Source of the DNA: a virus
Reading direction: 5' to 3' (one strand)
Virus record (IMG/VR): IMGVR_UViG_3300043420_001819
Span: 1-64,000 of that record
Length of the DNA stretch: 64,000 nt
Shown here: in pieces, positions 60,016 to 64,000 of the stretch
Layout of the letters: each line of letters opens with the position of its first letter
How positions within the stretch are numbered: position 1 is the stretch's first letter
Notes under the pieces: model-generated
What the model was told of the DNA's origin: nothing
Database searches by the model: none
Seen by the model: only the letters and a program-made list of their open reading frames with translations
Translations under genes and position numbers: made by a program

Positions 60016-60702
60016 TTAATGCTTCCGTCTTGATTCCTGAATTGTTTTATCCATTTGTGCTTTTTTCTGTGCTTCAACCTGGTTGTGTACTAAAGTAGAA
60101 GCAATTGTGAAAAAAGGAGTTTGGTCATACCAACCACCTGCATCAGGTAAGAATTTAGCATTATATATATTGTAGGCATCTACTGCTGGATTTAAAACAT
60201 CTATATTAATGTCATAAATTGGGCAGTGTGTGTATAGAGTATTATTTACCATAAGTTTAAAATCAGGGTTTTTATCTTTTTCCCCAATAAAACCACAATT
60301 CCTTACCCCTTGAAGTCTTTTCTGTTTACAAATATCACACTTCCAACTATCACCTGAAAGTATTTCTGCAAAGTATAGTTCAACAGTTTCTTTTAGTGAT
60401 ACATACTCTTCTTCGCTAATAGAAGATTTTTTCATAATTTCTTCAGAAATTTCTACTATTATTTCTGAAGGAAGTTCAGATAATTCTAATGTTTTATTAT
60501 TAATAGTTTCAATAGTAATGATTGCTATTTCACAAATACGGTAAGCGTATTGTTTAGTTCTATGACCGGAGTATAATTGGTCTAATGAGTTAATTTGTCC
60601 AATGGAGAGGTTTTTGTATACTACAGTGACCTCGGGAAAGGACATTTCAGAATAAACCCGAGGTGTGTAGTAATGAGTTATCTTACTATTTAGATTTCCC
60701 AT
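60016..60702 (-). CDS. tail assembly chaperone-like protein
   Basis: Position before the tape measure; LP.AGGW.DQ motif and CxxC. Confidence 0.65.
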   Translation of the reverse strand: MGNLNSKITHYYTPRVYSEMSFPEVTVVYKNLSIGQINSLDQLYSGHRTKQYAYRICEIAIITIETINNKTLELSELPSEIIVEISEEIMKKSSISEEEYVSLKETVELYFAEILSGDSWKCDICKQKRLQGVRNCGFIGEKDKNPDFKLMVNNTLYTHCPIYDINIDVLNPAVDAYNIYNAKFLPDAGGWYDQTPFFTIASTLVHNQVEAQKKAQMDKTIQESRRKH

Positions 60703-61105
60703 CTACGGTGATTCCAAGTAGAATCTCAGTGTGTTCTGGATTTCTAGTAATAGCAGCAATGGCTGTTGCTACTTCACTTAAAACTTCTAAAGGCAATAAT
60801 TCAATACATGAATCTTCCATAAGGCCATTTGTATCTCTGATGAATTTAACAGGTTTACCTTTTTCATCATCGATATTAGACCAACCAACAACTCCTCTTT
60901 TAACAATGTTCCAGTTAAAAGAACCAGTTGCAAACATTATTGTTGAATCATCTTGATTAATTTTTGTCAGTCCATCTTCTAATTTAGCAAAAGACTTTGA
61001 ATCAATTTTTTTAAGCTGGATTGTAAAAGGATTTTCATCACCCCTAAATAAAACGGGGATAAAATCATAAATTTCGTCTTTTTTTGTAGAGACTACTAGA
61101 GGCAT
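60686..61105 (-). CDS. tail assembly chaperone
   Basis: Follows the tail tube gene; GVVGWSNI.D..G motif. Confidence 0.7.
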   Translation of the reverse strand: MPLVVSTKKDEIYDFIPVLFRGDENPFTIQLKKIDSKSFAKLEDGLTKINQDDSTIMFATGSFNWNIVKRGVVGWSNIDDEKGKPVKFIRDTNGLMEDSCIELLPLEVLSEVATAIAAITRNPEHTEILLGITVDGKSK

Positions 61106-61136
61106 ATATTTCTCCTAAAATTTAAAACTAAATAGT

Positions 61137-61152
61137 GAGGGCAAAAGCCCTC
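61137..61152 (-). terminator. hairpin / terminator after the tail tube gene
   Basis: GAGGGC-TTTT-GCCCTC followed by ACTATTTAGTTTT. Confidence 0.6.
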
Positions 61153-61157
61153 TGGTA

Positions 61158-62186
61158 TTAATAGTGAGCTACTAAGATTGCTTCACCAATTGTTGCATCT
61201 TCATACGCCTCGAACTCAATTTTGTTTTCAAGGATACCATCAGCATCTTCAATAGAAACTGAAGTATATCTTACACGTGGGAAGTAGATAGCAAATTTGT
61301 GAGTACCTGATGTCATTTCAAGATAAACAGCACCATCAGTGTTGTTTTTAAACTTGTTAAGTTCAGTGTAATCTTCAAAAGTAACTGACATTGACCCTGA
61401 TACAACTTTAGCAGTTACTGCTTTATCAGAGATACCTTCTGTAGTGATAGCTTCTCTATCTGATACAGTGTTTTCAATTGTGAAAGAAAGGTCTTTCGCT
61501 TCATAAGATACACCGTCAACAGTAAATGTAGCATTTTTACCTACATATGGGTTTTCAGTAATTGCAGTACCCACAAGAATTGTTTCACCAGAAGCAGTTG
61601 TATACCCAGCAGCACCCATATCAAAAGAGATAGTTGCAAGGTCAGCAACAGGGAAATCAAATGTTACACTTCCTGGAACAATACCAGTATATGTGATAGT
61701 TTGACTATCTGATGCATCACATCCAAGCATTTGCTTAACTGCCAATGATGGTTGGTCACCACATGGTTTAGCAAGTTTATAAAGTACAGCTGTACCTGTT
61801 TCACCACTCTGTGCTTCATAGATTTCATAAGCAGGTGTAACACCATCATCAGAGAATCCAATAAATGCACCAGTACCAAGACCAGCATCTTCACGTACTC
61901 CAAGAGCAACTTCAAGAAGAGCAGAACCATTAAGGTCGTCTGATGAATTTCCTAGAGGAATAAGTTCTACACCAAGAGTTCCACTTCCATAGATTTTTCC
62001 AGCAAGTTTAGGCGCACCAATGAAAGAGTTTTTAATTGCTTTTCTTTCAATAGAATCACCTTCTGGACGGAGTGCAGTGTCATTAGTTACCTCAACAACT
62101 TCGCTGTTTGTAAATGTACCGCCTGAATTAAATGAACTCTCTTTGAGAATTGCATATACGGCACTATTTGAACGATAAATAGCCAT
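61158..62186 (-). CDS. major tail tube protein
   Basis: KES.F..G N-terminus, acidic beta-rich sequence, position upstream of chaperones and tape measure. Confidence 0.8.
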   Translation of the reverse strand: MAIYRSNSAVYAILKESSFNSGGTFTNSEVVEVTNDTALRPEGDSIERKAIKNSFIGAPKLAGKIYGSGTLGVELIPLGNSSDDLNGSALLEVALGVREDAGLGTGAFIGFSDDGVTPAYEIYEAQSGETGTAVLYKLAKPCGDQPSLAVKQMLGCDASDSQTITYTGIVPGSVTFDFPVADLATISFDMGAAGYTTASGETILVGTAITENPYVGKNATFTVDGVSYEAKDLSFTIENTVSDREAITTEGISDKAVTAKVVSGSMSVTFEDYTELNKFKNNTDGAVYLEMTSGTHKFAIYFPRVRYTSVSIEDADGILENKIEFEAYEDATIGEAILVAHY

Positions 62187-62217
62187 TATAATGTCCTTTT
62201 GTAAGTTTTGTCACAAT

Positions 62218-62227
62218 TATTATCGTT
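62218..62227 (-). promoter_or_regulatory. putative late promoter AACGATAATA
   Basis: Intergenic, 32 nt before the tail tube start. Confidence 0.7.
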
Positions 62228-62237
62228 ACTACTACAA

Positions 62238-62654
62238 TTATGTGTTCGATAACTTTTTAATGTACGTAACCTTTAATACTAATTGTGCTACAGAGTATGG
62301 CATAATCAAACCACCATCTCTTTTGAAATCAGTTATAATTGACTCAATTGTATTACAACGCAAGAACTCATTATTCTCTACTACGCTCTCCACAATCTCA
62401 ACTAGTTCTGATAAAGTATCTTTTGATTCTAAATTTTTTTGTCTGTTGTAAATATAGATTGGAATTGTTGCATCCACTTTTACTTTACCATTAGACATAT
62501 TCTCTCGTGACTTATTATCTTTCTCGTATAAAACAGCAACTGCAGGAAATTGATTTACATCAGACCAAGCAGGAATAATATTATTATATAGTTTTTTAAA
62601 CTGTCTAGTCTGCTGTAAATCATCAATAAGTTTAGTAATCATCTCTATTCTCAT
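62238..62654 (-). CDS. tail terminator / tail completion protein
   Basis: Synteny; FPAVAV motif. Confidence 0.6.
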   Translation of the reverse strand: MRIEMITKLIDDLQQTRQFKKLYNNIIPAWSDVNQFPAVAVLYEKDNKSRENMSNGKVKVDATIPIYIYNRQKNLESKDTLSELVEIVESVVENNEFLRCNTIESIITDFKRDGGLIMPYSVAQLVLKVTYIKKLSNT

Positions 62655-63241
62655 TTAAATCCTCCATATTTTGCTATGTCCATACGCATATTAATAAAGT
62701 CATCTATAATATCGTACATTGATACCATTTGAAACTCTCCGATATTTGTTCCTTTTATTGTAGTTGAAATATCAAAAGGGTCTGCTATCTTAAACTCATT
62801 TTTACCTTTTATTAATGGTTGCATAATATTATCCATCCAACCATACCACGAAGGTATTGTACCATCTTTTCTTGGTTTATACCCAGCATTAGTTCCGTAG
62901 GCAGATTTTAGGATAGAACCATTAACTTCACCAATAGATGCGTACATAGAAACTGAAAAATTATTTTTTGCTGTTGTATTAGCGTGTACATAATAATCTA
63001 AAGAAGAGCGAAGGGTTCCTGTATTGTAGTGAGGAAGTGGGTTATCATCTGGTCTTCTTCTTTTACTTTTAATAATAGAAGCTGAAACTTTTTTACTAAG
63101 AAGCTTATAGACAGTTCGTCCCCAAATGTTAACATTTTTTTTAGCTTGGCGTGCAAAATCTTCTGCAACACCTTTAGCTATTTTATCTAAGTTAAGCCTA
63201 AATGATTTAGTTAACTTTGTATCTTCATAAGGGGAAAACAT
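62651..63241 (-). CDS. neck / tail completion protein
   Basis: P...TG.LRSS motif; synteny. Confidence 0.55.
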   Translation of the reverse strand: MFSPYEDTKLTKSFRLNLDKIAKGVAEDFARQAKKNVNIWGRTVYKLLSKKVSASIIKSKRRRPDDNPLPHYNTGTLRSSLDYYVHANTTAKNNFSVSMYASIGEVNGSILKSAYGTNAGYKPRKDGTIPSWYGWMDNIMQPLIKGKNEFKIADPFDISTTIKGTNIGEFQMVSMYDIIDDFINMRMDIAKYGGFK

Positions 63242-63243
63242 AA

Positions 63244-63789
63244 TTAGAGTCTATAGATTTTATAGGCCTCTAATACAGTTACGGCCATTTGAGGAATAAC
63301 ATCTAAAGGTTTTATAGATTGTTTAATATCCGTACTTAATAATGAATAGTTATCATAATTTTTAGCAGCATCATTAAACATTTTTCTTCCGATAATAAAA
63401 AGTGCATTAACAAGTGCTGAAGGAATAACTTCAGGGGTAGTATACCCTATTGTATATTCTACATAAACATTATCAGTGCCTGAAGTAAAAGTACTATCAG
63501 AATAATATATAAGGTTTTTATTGAACGTTAGTGTTGAAACATCAACATCTACTCCGCCTATTGTTACTACCTCAATAGTTTTTATGTTTCCTCTAGATAC
63601 ATAAATTCTCCCATTACCAGTACCATTTAGTACTTCAGTAATAGAACGCTCTAATATTGATACACCATAGATTTCATATATGTAGCTTTCTGCCCAACCA
63701 AGTATATCTCCAACTAAATCACGTTTTGATACATCATCCCCATCTACATCAACATAGTCAATAAATCTGGTGGTTAGTTCTGAAAACAT
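63244..63789 (-). CDS. head-tail adaptor protein
   Basis: A..YI..V.VEY..GY...IP..L..A..L..Y pattern. Confidence 0.7.
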   Translation of the reverse strand: MFSELTTRFIDYVDVDGDDVSKRDLVGDILGWAESYIYEIYGVSILERSITEVLNGTGNGRIYVSRGNIKTIEVVTIGGVDVDVSTLTFNKNLIYYSDSTFTSGTDNVYVEYTIGYTTPEVIPSALVNALFIIGRKMFNDAAKNYDNYSLLSTDIKQSIKPLDVIPQMAVTVLEAYKIYRL

Positions 63790-63792
63790 TTA

Positions 63793-64000
63793 TTAACCTT
63801 TTTTATTAGGGCGTTTAGCTTTAGGAGCCTCTTCCTTTACTTCCTCTGTAACTACTTCTTCTACTTTTTTCGGTTCTTCTTTTTTAGCACCAATTGAAGT
63901 AAAGTGTTTTCCAAAAGTGTCAAGAACATATTTAGCTTGGTCATCTGTTAGTTCATAGTCTCTACCAGAAACAAATTCAATACCAACAGAAACAAGGCCA
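63793..64000 (-). CDS. 3' end of a small Lys/Glu-rich head-region protein (truncated by the window)
   Basis: Open frame ending ...EEAPKAKRPNKKG*. Confidence 0.6.
   Translation of the reverse strand, partial: GLVSVGIEFVSGRDYELTDDQAKYVLDTFGKHFTSIGAKKEEPKKVEEVVTEEVKEEAPKAKRPNKKG

Noticed and set aside
60686-60702. Lambda-type -1 frameshift at GGGAAAT between the tail chaperones
   Set aside because: The upstream gene reads GGG AAA and the downstream frame GGA AAT, which would need a +1 or -2 shift. The downstream ORF has its own ATG.
1-64000. tRNA/rRNA genes, integrase or alternative genetic code
   Set aside because: No cloverleaf or integrase motifs were seen. Standard-code ORFs tile the window densely and use all three stop codons.

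Overview
This is an AT-rich 64-kb segment of a large, apparently lytic, long non-contractile-tailed dsDNA phage; no integrase or repressor is visible. The host is probably Campylobacterota (inferred from the ThyX sequence type, AAGGA ribosome-binding sites and TTTAAG..TATAAT promoters). Layout: (1) 1-18026 (+): small early genes, rIIA/rIIB, thyX, a GIY-YIG endonuclease, SF2 helicase, ClpP-like protease, family A DNA polymerase, DnaB and DnaG. (2) 18029-25319 (-): FliA-like sigma factor, SbcC/SbcD, an acyl carrier protein, SSB, dNMP kinase and a 5'-3' exonuclease. (3) 25544-27056 (+): a plasmid-type Rep/PriCT primase and RuvC. (4) 27043-64000 (-): the late region, with lysis genes, a mosaic fibre/adhesin cassette containing three 7-bladed FG-GAP propellers, a lectin-decorated tail tip, tape measure, tail tube and neck genes. 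Main observations: a motif WACGATWATA sits 30-32 nt upstream of late genes and resembles the sigma28 -10 core, pairing plausibly with the phage FliA-like sigma; the FG-GAP array has an invariant framework with hypervariable loops and shows signs of shuffling; a 29-bp repeat occurs next to the Rep gene and again 23.5 kb away; a palindrome AGTTACAC(N0-2)GTGTAACT occurs three times; and several replication-enzyme homologs look catalytically dead. All calls come from reading motifs by eye; no database searches were run.
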